DNA of 64,000 nucleotides, taken from positions 62,577 through 126,576 of IMG/VR virus record IMGVR_UViG_3300012344_000013. The stretch is one strand, 5' to 3'. The notes under the pieces are model-generated. The model was not told the origin of the DNA and did no database searches. It saw only the letters and a program-made list of their open reading frames with translations. Shown one piece after another: positions 20,747 through 31,714 of this stretch. How positions within the stretch are numbered: the first letter of the stretch is position 1; each line of letters begins with the position of its first letter. This stretch comes from a virus. Lineage: Duplodnaviria; Caudoviricetes. The position numbers were made by a program, and so were the translations under genes.

Positions 20747-21451
20747 ATGAAGGAATATTTTGTAGTAACAGATGTACATGGATTTTATTCCATTTTAATC
20801 AAAGCACTTAGAGATGCAGGATTTGAGGAAGGCAATCCTAATCATATTCTTATTTCTTGTGGAGATTTACTTGATAGAGGCCCTGAGCCTTTGCAGTGTC
20901 TTAAGTTCGTAAATAAATTATTTACCGAGAATAGAGCTATCCTTATAAGAGGTAATCATGAGGACCTTATGGATGACATGATTGAAAGAGGGTTTCAATT
21001 AGCTCACGATAAGCATAATGGTACTATAGAAACTGCAAGAATTCTTACAAATCATTCTGAAAGAGATATCGATTGGATATGGGAATCTATAAGTGATATG
21101 GTTGTTCAAAGCGATTACAATCTTTATAGAGCTTCATTAGTAAACAATTACGAATTAAATGATTATATATTTGTACACGGTTGGGTTCCTAGTGAAACAT
21201 CTGACTGGAAGCATGCTTGCTGGCTTAATGGAATGGAAGAGTGGCATAGAGGTAATATCATAGAAAATAAAACTATTGTATGCGGACATTGGTATACTTC
21301 TTTTGGACATTACTATTATGGTGATGCTAAAAGTGAATGGGGACCTGAGGCTAATTTTAATCCATTTGTAGGAAAAGGTATTATAGCACTGGATGCGTGT
21401 ACAGCATATAGTAAGCAAATAAACGTATTCAAGTTTGAGGTAAAAGAATGA
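20747..21451 (+). CDS. Ser/Thr phosphatase-like metallophosphoesterase
   Basis: TDVHG, GDLLDRG, RGNHE, FVHG, CGHW, ALDAC. Confidence 0.9.
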   Translation: MKEYFVVTDVHGFYSILIKALRDAGFEEGNPNHILISCGDLLDRGPEPLQCLKFVNKLFTENRAILIRGNHEDLMDDMIERGFQLAHDKHNGTIETARILTNHSERDIDWIWESISDMVVQSDYNLYRASLVNNYELNDYIFVHGWVPSETSDWKHACWLNGMEEWHRGNIIENKTIVCGHWYTSFGHYYYGDAKSEWGPEANFNPFVGKGIIALDACTAYSKQINVFKFEVKE

Positions 21452-22052
21452 GCAGAAAACATGTACAACAGTATTATGAACAAATACTTAAAACAAGAGC
21501 TGAATTCTTAAAAGATAGTAAAGAATTAGAAGAAGCTTGTAAAAACAATATGATAGATTCTTCTGTATTAGAGAATCATAAAAAGGCATTTTTACCTATT
21601 GAAGAGGCGTATAACAGATGGACTTATATGATGTATTTGTTGAATATGCCTAATAAAAAAGAAAAGAAAAAGTCTTATGAGAAAAGAAATAAAGAAAAGA
21701 TAGATAATATTTCAAATAAATATAAAGATGATGGCTTAATAGATAAAGATAAATCTAAGTAAGTTAAAACAGAGCTAAATTATTTGTATAGGAGAATAAA
21801 GCAAATGGATGATTTAATATCAAAATTTGGAATTCAAGTAGATAACAATAACGAAAAGAGAATCGTTGTAGGAATAACTGAAAAAGAATATAATCGTATA
21901 TATAATATATTATCTAAAGACAGAGAATTTGAAGAAGTAGATACCTCTAATATAGATAATACAATATATGAATCAGATAAATATATGGTAACACTTCAGT
22001 TTAATGAAGAGGAAGAAGACCCATATGTACTAATCATGGAGGAGAAATAAAG

Positions 22053-22739
22053 TTGAAAGAAATAATATTAGATGAGAATATTCTTACAAGGTCAGAAGAA
22101 GTAGATTTAGTAAAAGAAGCTAAGTTAGTAAAAGAAATAGTATCTGAACTTAAACATGTAATAAAGCATACTGATGGAATGGTAAGTTTATCAGCTCCTC
22201 AAATAGGATATTATAAAAGAATATTTGTAGTAAAGTATGGGGATAATTTCAGAACTTATATAAATCCTATGTTAACAGAAGCAACAGGATTTTGTATGTC
22301 AAGAGAAACATGTCATAGTAATCCTAATAAAAAATATATAATTCCTAGATGTACAAAGATTAAAGTAGCTTATATGATTCCTGAAGATTCAGAAAATTAT
22401 ACTGAAGAAGAGTTAGCAGGAATGTCAGCAATAGTAATACAACATCAGATAAATCATCTAGATAGTGTACCTCTTGATTGTTTAGGATTAGAGATAGATG
22501 AAGATTTTGAGAATGCTTCTGATGAAGAGCAAGATGAGATTATAAATATGTTTATAAAATCTCTTCAGAAAAGACAAGATAATCTTATAGAAGAGATAAA
22601 TAAAGATAAAGAGCTTAAGAAAGCAATGACAGCAATAGATAATGTAATAAACACTGTGAAAGGAGAGAAAGGTACTACTGGAAAAGTAATACCTATTAAA
22701 AATGGCAAACGAAGTAAAGATTCAAATAAAGAGAAATAA
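22053..22739 (+). CDS. def: Peptide deformylase-like protein with altered active site
   Basis: SLSAPQIG, INP, ETCHS, QHQINHLDS (HExxH changed to HQxxH). Confidence 0.8.
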   Translation: MKEIILDENILTRSEEVDLVKEAKLVKEIVSELKHVIKHTDGMVSLSAPQIGYYKRIFVVKYGDNFRTYINPMLTEATGFCMSRETCHSNPNKKYIIPRCTKIKVAYMIPEDSENYTEEELAGMSAIVIQHQINHLDSVPLDCLGLEIDEDFENASDEEQDEIINMFIKSLQKRQDNLIEEINKDKELKKAMTAIDNVINTVKGEKGTTGKVIPIKNGKRSKDSNKEK

Positions 22740-23157
22740 TGAAGCTACTACACAACCACCTAATACTCTTGACTATGGCGAGCCCGCTATATTTCAATCT
22801 ACAGAAAGTACTTCTTTATATTCAGGAGATAGGGATAAAGATGCTATTAAAATAGCAGACTCAAAGATATTAGCAGATAGTGAGAAAGCAGTAGAATATC
22901 TTAAAACTGGTGAAGCAGTAGATGGTATAGGCGAAGGTGTTCTTAAAGATTGGAAGATAGCTAAAAATGGTAGCGTAAGTACTTTATCTCAAGAAAATGA
23001 CACTGATAAAATAGAATTAACTCCTGCTTTTCTAAATATAGAAAATGGCACTATAACTTCTAATATAAATGATGTGAAAACTACAAATAAGATAGGGAAA
23101 GCTTCTTTTACTTATAACTCTGCTAAAGAAGCTGTAATAATCTCCTTTGAAGATTGA
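22702..23157 (+). CDS. Tail-fibre N-terminal-like protein
   Basis: IQIKR....P..L.YGE.A motif typical of fibre N-termini. Confidence 0.5.
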   Translation: MANEVKIQIKRNNEATTQPPNTLDYGEPAIFQSTESTSLYSGDRDKDAIKIADSKILADSEKAVEYLKTGEAVDGIGEGVLKDWKIAKNGSVSTLSQENDTDKIELTPAFLNIENGTITSNINDVKTTNKIGKASFTYNSAKEAVIISFED

Positions 23158-23169
23158 GGTACTTGATAT

Positions 23170-26079
23170 ATGGCAATTGAAGTAAGAGCATACCCTGGTA
23201 ATGTAGTAGAAACTGGTACAGGTAATAGTGGCGCAAGAGCTGTATTAAATGTAACAAATATTACTACTAGTGGAAACGGAAAACAATACTCCTACGAATG
23301 TTATTTAGAAGTTACAAAAGGCGATTGGTATGGAACTAATTTTAACATAAATTGGGCTCCATGGCAATCTTCTAATCCCCATCAAGTTAGTATAGGCAAT
23401 AGATTATATGTAGGTAAATTTACTACTGGTATTATTGCTTGGGGTAACACTATTACTTTATCTTGTTCCGCAGTATATAATAAGCATGGAAAAGTTACCA
23501 CAGTATCAATATCAGAACAAGTTGACCAACCTTGGCAGTATGCTGTAGACTATGCAGGGACAAACGGTTTTGCTGGATGGGTAAAGGGTCCTTCTATATA
23601 TACTAAAGTACTTCATTTTTGTGTAGCTGGAATACGTGTAGGTGTTACTGATGCTAATATTTATAGAGCAGATGTTGGCGGTAATTATGGATTTAATTTT
23701 ACAACAAATTTATATGACACTCTAAAAAAAGAAGGTACTTTTCAATATACTATATATGCAATAACTTCTACTGGCTCTAATCCACCCATAGCAACTGGGG
23801 ATGTAACTGTTAAACAAATTACCAATCCTGTAAAAGTAACTTCTATATCGGCAGGTAATGATTCTTTAGGTTGGGGAAATACTTATAGAGTTTTATCTAA
23901 TTCTTCAGGTAAAGTTACAGGAGATTCTTTATCAGACTTAAAGTATAGGGTACAGATAGATAATGGCGGATATTCAGAAGAATTTAAGCAATATGTTGTA
24001 TTTGACGATTCTACTTATACTTTACACGAATTGAGTTCGGTTGGGGATAATTATTTATTTGAAACAGATAGTAGTATGGCTACTGATTCTATTCTTAATT
24101 ATTTACAAAAAGGTTTATTAGCATTTCCTGTAACTGTAGAAACGTCCATTAGCGCTGCTTCAAAAGATATCGTAAATACATATAACTATGATACTCCTAC
24201 TATAGTAGATTTTAATAAACTTTATGAAGAAGAAGTGCGTAGAAATATAAGAAGATTAGATGATGGAACTACTAGTGTAACATTTGCTATTAAATATCCT
24301 AAATCATATACTTTAAGTACTGTTGTTCCTGATAAAGTAACTATAAACGATATAGATTATGCAGGAGCATTTACAGTTAAGAATTTAGGCGATAATTTAT
24401 TATCTTTTAATACTATAATTCCTGCCAGTATGTTAGGTGAAGAAGATAGAGGCACTTTCTCTGCAGAATTTTCTGATAATATATCTTCAGTACAGCTATC
24501 TTTTAATTTACCTGCTATGTATGATAATGATATAGTAATAGGTAGAAAGAAGGTAGGAATTCCTGCAGTAGGTGTAGATTATACTAGTACAAGTAAAACA
24601 GATATTGATATAAATAGTTTTGATGATGTAACTACTGATTCTATTTCACTATTTGATGGGTATAGCGTATACAAGAATGCAATACCTAGAAATACAGCGA
24701 GTCCTTTTGATAAGAGCTATTATAAAATAGGTACAGATAGTGCAGTTATTGAAAGTGCATTAGAAAGTCAAAGACATACTATTAAGATAAATGGTACTGA
24801 GATAGAGAGAGTAGAGTTTAATAATGCTCGTACTAATAAAGATGCAGAAGCAGCTCCGTATAATAATTATCCTATATCATTACCAAATTACCAAGAGAGC
24901 GTAGACATAGAATTTAACTCGGATACGGCTAAAACAAAGCAGGTTTCGGGAAATTTTAATCATTGGGATGATGTTGAGATATATGGAGTATGTGTATTAG
25001 CAGACGGCGAGGGTAATCAAGTAGAACCTGTGCCGACTGACCCAGGTGTGCTACTAAATTCATCCAAGATAACTGAATATTATTACGGTAGTCAGGGCGG
25101 CGGAGAGACATCAGTAGATTGGGTGATAGATTCATATTTACCAAATAGAACGCATCAGATATCTGATTGGAGCATCCCTGAAGGTGAAAGCATAGCCGTA
25201 ACAACAAACGATTACTATAACAGTGAGCACAGTACATTAACAGTAAGTCAAGTAATAACAAGCACAGATACAAGCAAAGTACCTGTTGGGGCATTTATAG
25301 TGCCCCTAAACTTCAGTTTGAATTGGGTAACTAAGGTGGAAATAAGTTATGCAATACCTATTACTTCCTACATAGTAATAACAAACAATTATATGACAGG
25401 TCCTTATATTCCTATAATTATACCTAATAGCATAACTAAAGAGGAATTGGATAGATTTTTTGAATATGTAGCTACATATTCATATCTTCCATATGATTAT
25501 GCGACTACATCTTTTGAAAGTTCAGAATATAAAATAGTTGCAGAAAATGTATTAGAGCAATACGTTGCACATCTAAAAACAGTACAGCAGAATAATACGT
25601 TTAATTGGGATATTATCTGCTATCCAATAGATGAGGAAAACACTTACTTGCATTACCTATATAGTCCTACTGAAGGGTTAGGGAAAGCGGCACTGCCTTC
25701 TATGGAGATTTTAGGAACCATGACTCACACGATACCAGTCGTTAATACATATAATATAGTATCTAATGATTATTATAATAATGGTTTACCCAATATAAAA
25801 TTCTCACAAGTATTGGATAGCGATTTAGAGGAGATATACAGGGGAGATTTAATAGCTACTAGTACATCTGGAATTACAGAAGTTCATTATGAGTTTAACG
25901 AACCTGCTGAAGAAAGCGATTTCATTTACTGTCAATGTAAGGAATTTATAGAGGGAGATGAAGCTGGATTTTCAGCCCCTGCAAATGTATTAGCAAAAGA
26001 ATTTATAGAAGATGCAGAAGATAATAATGTATATATAGGTAAAAATAAGACTCAATTTAATGAGTTGATTGAAGTATAA
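23170..26079 (+). CDS. Large beta-rich virion/tail protein
   Basis: 969 aa, T/S/N/Y-rich, beta-sandwich-like composition; follows the fibre-like ORF. Confidence 0.5.
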   Translation: MAIEVRAYPGNVVETGTGNSGARAVLNVTNITTSGNGKQYSYECYLEVTKGDWYGTNFNINWAPWQSSNPHQVSIGNRLYVGKFTTGIIAWGNTITLSCSAVYNKHGKVTTVSISEQVDQPWQYAVDYAGTNGFAGWVKGPSIYTKVLHFCVAGIRVGVTDANIYRADVGGNYGFNFTTNLYDTLKKEGTFQYTIYAITSTGSNPPIATGDVTVKQITNPVKVTSISAGNDSLGWGNTYRVLSNSSGKVTGDSLSDLKYRVQIDNGGYSEEFKQYVVFDDSTYTLHELSSVGDNYLFETDSSMATDSILNYLQKGLLAFPVTVETSISAASKDIVNTYNYDTPTIVDFNKLYEEEVRRNIRRLDDGTTSVTFAIKYPKSYTLSTVVPDKVTINDIDYAGAFTVKNLGDNLLSFNTIIPASMLGEEDRGTFSAEFSDNISSVQLSFNLPAMYDNDIVIGRKKVGIPAVGVDYTSTSKTDIDINSFDDVTTDSISLFDGYSVYKNAIPRNTASPFDKSYYKIGTDSAVIESALESQRHTIKINGTEIERVEFNNARTNKDAEAAPYNNYPISLPNYQESVDIEFNSDTAKTKQVSGNFNHWDDVEIYGVCVLADGEGNQVEPVPTDPGVLLNSSKITEYYYGSQGGGETSVDWVIDSYLPNRTHQISDWSIPEGESIAVTTNDYYNSEHSTLTVSQVITSTDTSKVPVGAFIVPLNFSLNWVTKVEISYAIPITSYIVITNNYMTGPYIPIIIPNSITKEELDRFFEYVATYSYLPYDYATTSFESSEYKIVAENVLEQYVAHLKTVQQNNTFNWDIICYPIDEENTYLHYLYSPTEGLGKAALPSMEILGTMTHTIPVVNTYNIVSNDYYNNGLPNIKFSQVLDSDLEEIYRGDLIATSTSGITEVHYEFNEPAEESDFIYCQCKEFIEGDEAGFSAPANVLAKEFIEDAEDNNVYIGKNKTQFNELIEV

Positions 26080-26336
26080 GGAGATATAAAAATGAATAAA
26101 CCAGAACCTATTGTTTATGTTCAAAGTAAGGAGCTTATATTTGGAGCAGTTAATAAAGTACTTTCTGAATATAATTTACCTGCATATTTAGCAGAGGTAA
26201 TTATAGACGAAGTAAGTAGACAAATTAAACAGCTTTCACAAGAAGAACTTAATAGAGCTTTCAAAGACTTTGAAGAAGCAAATAAGCAAGAAGAAAAACA
26301 AGAAGATAGCAAAGAAGAAGAGGATACTGCTGAAGC

Positions 26337-26957
26337 ATGATGAATAATATAGTACTTAAAGGTTTGCTTAGAAATGTAGAATTTTCTCATAAAATTGGAG
26401 ATATAGAATTCTACAGAGCAAATCTAGTTGTTAAACGTAATGATGGACATGAAGATGTTATTAGTGTTAAATGTAAGAAATACATTGTAGCAGATGGTGA
26501 GCAAGATAAGCAAGTAGAACTTAAAGGCAATATCCGTTCTTATACTCATAAAGATGGCGATAAGAATAAAGTAGATATCTATGTATTTACTTATTTTGAT
26601 AAGCCTGATGAAGTAGAACTTGATATGGAAGATGCTCATTTTAATATTAACAATTACTTTACAGTAGATGGTAGAATTTGTAAGAAGAGTGAGATGCGAA
26701 TTGTAGATAAATCAAAAGAAACGATACACTTTATTCTTGCTAATACTATTGTAAATAAAGATAAAGTTCTTAATAACTATCTTCCTTGTATAGCTTGGGG
26801 AACTATGGCTAAGAAAATAAATGAAATGCCAGTAGGTAAAGAAATAGCTATTAAAGGTGAAATTCATTCCAGAGAATATAAAAAGATTCTCGATAATGGA
26901 GAAATTGAGATAAGAGTAGCTCATGAGTTGCTTGTAAAAGAAATATATGAACTTTGA
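26337..26957 (+). CDS. ssb: Single-stranded DNA-binding protein with two OB folds (Clostridia type)
   Basis: FSH...E.FY...VKR..G.ED, GNIRSY, GRICK, YLPCIAWG, GEIHSREY. Confidence 0.85.
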   Translation: MMNNIVLKGLLRNVEFSHKIGDIEFYRANLVVKRNDGHEDVISVKCKKYIVADGEQDKQVELKGNIRSYTHKDGDKNKVDIYVFTYFDKPDEVELDMEDAHFNINNYFTVDGRICKKSEMRIVDKSKETIHFILANTIVNKDKVLNNYLPCIAWGTMAKKINEMPVGKEIAIKGEIHSREYKKILDNGEIEIRVAHELLVKEIYEL

Positions 26958-27280
26958 GTTTGATATAGAGAGAATAGCAAATAATTCTGTTGAGATAGAA
27001 GATATAGGAAATATTTGTTTAGTTGGAGTTAATGAGAAAAGCTTAGAATATTATTTAATAATAAAATCAGATTTAGGAATTGTCCAAACAATAGAGTATG
27101 GTCCATTGCAGCCTGATTTCGAGCAGTTACCTCCTAACGTAAGTTATACTTATAATAGATTTGAATGGAATCAAAATAGAGTATTAGGTATAATAAAATC
27201 TTTTCTTAATAATTCAAGATATGCATTGAAACAAGTAGAAATAGTTTCTATAGATGAAGTAAAACAATTGATAAGGAGTA

Positions 27281-27356
27281 TGGTAGACTTCATCTGAGGT
27301 CTACCATATTTTTACCTTAAAAGTTAGTTGACAACTATGATATAATGAGATATAAT
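27281..27356 (+). promoter_or_regulatory. Terminator followed by consensus sigma-A promoter
   Basis: TGGTAGACTT/AGGTCTACCA plus T-run; TTGACA(27328)-17-TATAAT(27351). Confidence 0.8.
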
Positions 27357-27614
27357 ATATTCAAATCAAACAAGGAGGAAAACAATATGTCACAGTGGAT
27401 TGATATTAAAAGTCCTGATGGAGGAAGAATTTGGGGAAGGGTTGAGATTAAAGATAACGGCGATAAGTGGGCTTATCAGATGAAACCTTATAAGATAGTC
27501 GCTATGTATAATCATATGACCAACCAGACAACAGACTTCTTACATCATCCCCTTAGCCAGGGTGATACTGCTGCTTCATGGATTAAGCCCTGTTAAGAAA
27601 GGGATATTTATCTT

Positions 27615-28238
27615 ATGCGGAGAAAACATAATAAAATTATCGAAGATATACTCTTTTCTGAAAGTTATAGGGATATGACTACCAATGAGATGGTAGGTAT
27701 AGCTGAAGATGAATTTAGAACTTTTGATAATGATGAGCTTAAAATAGCTTTTCTAGAAAAAGCCTTTGAAAAATTAGAGCCTTCTGAACGTAGTTGCTCT
27801 TCTTACCAATGTGCTAAAGTGTTAGTAGAGAGTGGCTCTTTTGAAGGCGGAGGTTTTGATGAAATCGTAGAAGAGTTTAGAGAGTTTGAAGTAGGCGATG
27901 TAGCGCAGCTTAAAAGAGGAGTTTTTAAGAAAATTCCTGGTACAGCTTTACTTAAAACTAATCATATGTTTGTAATTGTAGATAATGAAAATGTATGCGA
28001 AATATCTTTTAAGAATTCTAAAGCTATTGAAAAGTTTCCTTTTAATATTCCTATAAACAACTGGAAAGCTGCTAATTTACATAGACCTAGTCATGTAAAA
28101 ACAGATACTTATGGAAAAGTAAGCGATTTTGATATTTTTAGAAAAATAGGCTATCTAACTGATTTTGATTTGAAGAGAGTTTTAGATTCTTACATAGATT
28201 CTCCGCAGAATACAATATTGGAGGAATTATCAAATTGA
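27615..28238 (+). CDS. Protein with acidic N-terminal region and C-terminal PemK/MazF-like domain
   Basis: FEVGDV...HMFVIV...ISFK...IPINNWKAANLHRPSHVKTD...IGYLT..D. Confidence 0.65.
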   Translation: MRRKHNKIIEDILFSESYRDMTTNEMVGIAEDEFRTFDNDELKIAFLEKAFEKLEPSERSCSSYQCAKVLVESGSFEGGGFDEIVEEFREFEVGDVAQLKRGVFKKIPGTALLKTNHMFVIVDNENVCEISFKNSKAIEKFPFNIPINNWKAANLHRPSHVKTDTYGKVSDFDIFRKIGYLTDFDLKRVLDSYIDSPQNTILEELSN

Positions 28239-30412
28239 AAGTAATTAAGCGTAATGGAGATAGAGTAGAGTTTGATTTGAATAAAATCAAACTTTCCATT
28301 CAAAAAGCCAGTAAGCGTGTTAAAGCTAAAAAAGACAGGATATCCAGAGAAGAGCTTAATTCTATTTGTAATGAAGTAAGTAACAAACTTTCTAACAATA
28401 CACGTGCGATAAAAGCAGATGTTATACAAGATTGCATAGAAAATACTCTTATTGAACACAATGCACATGAAGTAGTAAAGGAATATATTTGTTATAGATA
28501 TCTCCACAAACTAGCACGAGATTCATACTCTGAGTTAATGGCTGAAATATCAAATAAATTAAATGGTAAAGATATCCAAAACCAAAATGCTAATGTAGAT
28601 GAAGCTTCTTTTGGAGGGCGTATAGGCGGAGCAGCTAGTCTGATGGACAAGCGATTTGCTCTTGAATTCTGTATGTCTGATATGGCAAGAGAAAATCACC
28701 TTAATAATGAAATCTACATTCACGATTTAGATTCCTATGCAGTAGGTAACCATAATTGTTTAAGTATACCATTTGATAAGCTTTTAGCTAAAGGATTTAA
28801 TACTAGGCAAACCGATGTTAGACCTGCTGGTGGAGTAAATACAGCCTTTCAGCTAGTAGCTGTAATATTCCAGTTACAATCTTTGCAGCAATTTGGAGGC
28901 GTAAGCGCGACTCACTTAGATTGGACTATGGTTCCTTATGTACGGAAGAGTTTTTGGAAACATTATAAGGATGGTAGCAAGTACTTAACTCCGCATAAAA
29001 AACTCCCTATAATCGATAATCCTATTGAGGTATCTATTGAAGATAAAGTATATACCAAAAATAAAAAAGCATATAAATACGCGGTAGAGTTACTGCGGAA
29101 AGAAGTATATCAATCTGTAGAAGCTATGTACCATAATCTAAATACTTTGCAAAGTAGAAGTGGTAATCAACTACCGTTTACATCTATAAACTACGGAACG
29201 TGTACTTTAGTAGAAGGAAGAATGGTTACAAAAGCATTATTAGAAGTATCTATAGAAGGATTAGGCTCTTTAAGGCGTACTTCCATATTCCCGTGTGGAA
29301 TATTTCAATATATGAAAGGTGTAAATGATAAACCGGATACTCCTAATTATGATTTGTATAAATTAGCTTTGAAATCCACTGCTCAACGGCTTTATCCTAA
29401 CTACGCTAATGTCGATTGGAGTGGGAATGCTGGATACGATAGAAGTGACCCTAAAACTTATTTTAGCACAATGGGTTGCAGGACAGCAAATGGCTATGAT
29501 ATAAATGGATTTGGCCAACTTAAAGATGGACGGGGAAACATATGTCCTGTTACAATTATTCTTCCTACATTAGCTATGGAAGCTAATAGAGATACAGATG
29601 CGTTTTTGAAATTACTAGATGAAAAGTTATTTGAAGCTAAAGATATACTTATTGAACGATTTGATAGAATATGTTCGCAAAGTCCTGACGCAGCGAAGTT
29701 TATGTATGAAAATGGCTTAATGGAAGGATATATTCCAGAAGAGGGTATTCGTTCAGCTTTGAAGCATGGCACATTAGCTATAGGTCAAATAGGTTTAGCA
29801 GAAACCTTACAGTTGTTAGTAGGGTGCGACCATACTGAAGAAAAGGGTATGGAATTAGCTAAACAAATTGAGCAGCTATACAAGACTAGGTGTAATGAGT
29901 TTAAGGAAAAGTACAAATTAAATTTCGGTGTGTACATGACTCCCGCAGAGAATCTTTGCTATACTTCTATGAAGAAATTCAAAGAAAAGTACGGGGTTAT
30001 TCCAAATGTATCAGATAAAGATTTCTTTACAAACTCAATGCATGTACCTGTTTGGAAATCTATGACTCCTTTTGAGAAAATAGATATTGAATCGCAATTA
30101 ACTGGATATTCGTCAGCAGGCTGTATAACTTATGTGGAGTTAGATTCAGCTTGTAAAGATAATTTAGAAGCTCTTGAAGCTATTGTTAATTATGCGATGG
30201 AAAAAGACATCCCTTATTTTGCAGTTAATGTTCCTAATGATATGTGTAATAAATGTGGTTATACAGATGTTATAGATAAGGAATGCCCCGTGTGTGGTGG
30301 TACCGATATTAGAAGATTGAGAAGAGTTACAGGCTATTTAACTGGAGATTATAAAACTGCATTTAACTATGGCAAACAACAGGAAGTAGAAATGCGCGTA
30401 AAGCATCAATAG
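28235..30412 (+). CDS. nrdD: Anaerobic ribonucleoside-triphosphate reductase with ATP cone
   Basis: VIKRNG ATP cone, IYIHDLD, HNC, MGCRT, TPAE, C-terminal CxxC..CxxC, RRVTGYL glycyl motif. Confidence 0.97.
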   Translation: MKVIKRNGDRVEFDLNKIKLSIQKASKRVKAKKDRISREELNSICNEVSNKLSNNTRAIKADVIQDCIENTLIEHNAHEVVKEYICYRYLHKLARDSYSELMAEISNKLNGKDIQNQNANVDEASFGGRIGGAASLMDKRFALEFCMSDMARENHLNNEIYIHDLDSYAVGNHNCLSIPFDKLLAKGFNTRQTDVRPAGGVNTAFQLVAVIFQLQSLQQFGGVSATHLDWTMVPYVRKSFWKHYKDGSKYLTPHKKLPIIDNPIEVSIEDKVYTKNKKAYKYAVELLRKEVYQSVEAMYHNLNTLQSRSGNQLPFTSINYGTCTLVEGRMVTKALLEVSIEGLGSLRRTSIFPCGIFQYMKGVNDKPDTPNYDLYKLALKSTAQRLYPNYANVDWSGNAGYDRSDPKTYFSTMGCRTANGYDINGFGQLKDGRGNICPVTIILPTLAMEANRDTDAFLKLLDEKLFEAKDILIERFDRICSQSPDAAKFMYENGLMEGYIPEEGIRSALKHGTLAIGQIGLAETLQLLVGCDHTEEKGMELAKQIEQLYKTRCNEFKEKYKLNFGVYMTPAENLCYTSMKKFKEKYGVIPNVSDKDFFTNSMHVPVWKSMTPFEKIDIESQLTGYSSAGCITYVELDSACKDNLEALEAIVNYAMEKDIPYFAVNVPNDMCNKCGYTDVIDKECPVCGGTDIRRLRRVTGYLTGDYKTAFNYGKQQEVEMRVKHQ

Positions 30413-30423
30413 TTATTTATTAT

Positions 30424-30505
30424 ACTAGCGAGCTCAGAATCATTTTAATTGTTTACTTATATAAAACATCATCTAAGTAATTTTAAGTGATTCTAGCTCG
30501 CCAGT
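30424..30505. repeat. Long imperfect hairpin with TATATAAAACATCATCT core (dispersed repeat, copy 1)
   Basis: GCGAGCT..AGAATCATTTTAA / TTTTAAGTGATTCT AGCTCGC arms; core recurs at 55892. Confidence 0.65.
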
Positions 30506-30544
30506 TTATTGTAATATATTTAGATATAGCATAAGGAGCGCTTA

Positions 30545-31714
30545 ATGAGTAGTAAAGTTTTTGATTTGATAGAAGAAGAGAAGAAAAGACAAAGAGAGAA
30601 TATAGAGTTAATAGCTTCAGAGAATTTTGTAAGTGAAGATATTCTGAGAGCAGTGGGTTCTTGTTTAACTAATAAATATGCTGAAGGATTTCCTGGAAAA
30701 AGATACTATGGAGGTTGCGAAGTAGTAGATAAGATAGAGAATTACTGTATTGAACAGTGGCAAAAGGTATTTAATACAGACTATCACGTTAACGTTCAAC
30801 CCCATAGTGGTTCTCAAGCTAATTTCGCAGCATATTCAGCAGCGCTGTCTCCAGGAGATACTATACTATCGATGTCTCTTAGCAATGGTGGGCATCTAAC
30901 TCATGGCTCTAAAGTTAATTTTAGTGGAAAACTCTACAATATAATAGAATATAATGTAGATGAAAATGGTTTTATAGATTATAATGATATTTATAATAAG
31001 ATTAAAGAATATAAGCCCAATCTAGTATTAGCAGGAGCATCTGCTTATCCTAGAATAATTGATTTTAAGCATATAAAAGAAATTATTAACGAATTTAGTA
31101 ATGAAGATTATAAACCTTACTTTATGGTTGATATGGCTCATATTGCTGGATTAGTAGCAGCTGGAGAGCACCCTTCTCCTTTCAGGCTAGCGGATATTGT
31201 AACTACAACTACTCATAAGACTCTTAGGGGACCCAGAGGTGGCTTAATATTTTGTAAACCTGAGCTAGCTAAGAAAGTAGATAGTGCGGTATTTCCTAAT
31301 AGTCAAGGTGGACCTTTACTTCATGTAATAGCTGGAAAAGCTATATGTGCTGAAGAAGCTCAAACAGATACTTATAAGAAATATATTAAAAATGTTAAAA
31401 TAAATTGTAAAGCTATGGCAGATACTTTTATTAAAATGGGCTATGATGTTATAACGAATGGTACAGATAATCATTTGTTTTTAATTGATTTTTCTAAAAC
31501 CCATCCCAATATAACTGGGAAACAAGTTCAAGATGAGCTAGATAAGCATCATATAACTCTTAATAAAAATTGTGTACCTAATGAACAGCGTTCTCCTATG
31601 CAAACAAGTGGAGTTAGAATAGGTACTGCTGCTATGACTACTAAAGGATATACTGTAGATGACTTTATAGAAATAGCTCATAAGATAGATAAAATTATTT
31701 CAAGTCTTGGTTGA
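30545..31714 (+). CDS. glyA: Serine hydroxymethyltransferase
   Basis: IELIASENF, NKYAEGFPGKRYYGG, NVQPHSGSQAN, TTTTHKTLRGPRGG. Confidence 0.98.
   Translation: MSSKVFDLIEEEKKRQRENIELIASENFVSEDILRAVGSCLTNKYAEGFPGKRYYGGCEVVDKIENYCIEQWQKVFNTDYHVNVQPHSGSQANFAAYSAALSPGDTILSMSLSNGGHLTHGSKVNFSGKLYNIIEYNVDENGFIDYNDIYNKIKEYKPNLVLAGASAYPRIIDFKHIKEIINEFSNEDYKPYFMVDMAHIAGLVAAGEHPSPFRLADIVTTTTHKTLRGPRGGLIFCKPELAKKVDSAVFPNSQGGPLLHVIAGKAICAEEAQTDTYKKYIKNVKINCKAMADTFIKMGYDVITNGTDNHLFLIDFSKTHPNITGKQVQDELDKHHITLNKNCVPNEQRSPMQTSGVRIGTAAMTTKGYTVDDFIEIAHKIDKIISSLG

Noticed and set aside
23170-26079. Diversity-generating retroelement target
   Set aside because: No reverse transcriptase or TR/VR repeat pair visible in the window.
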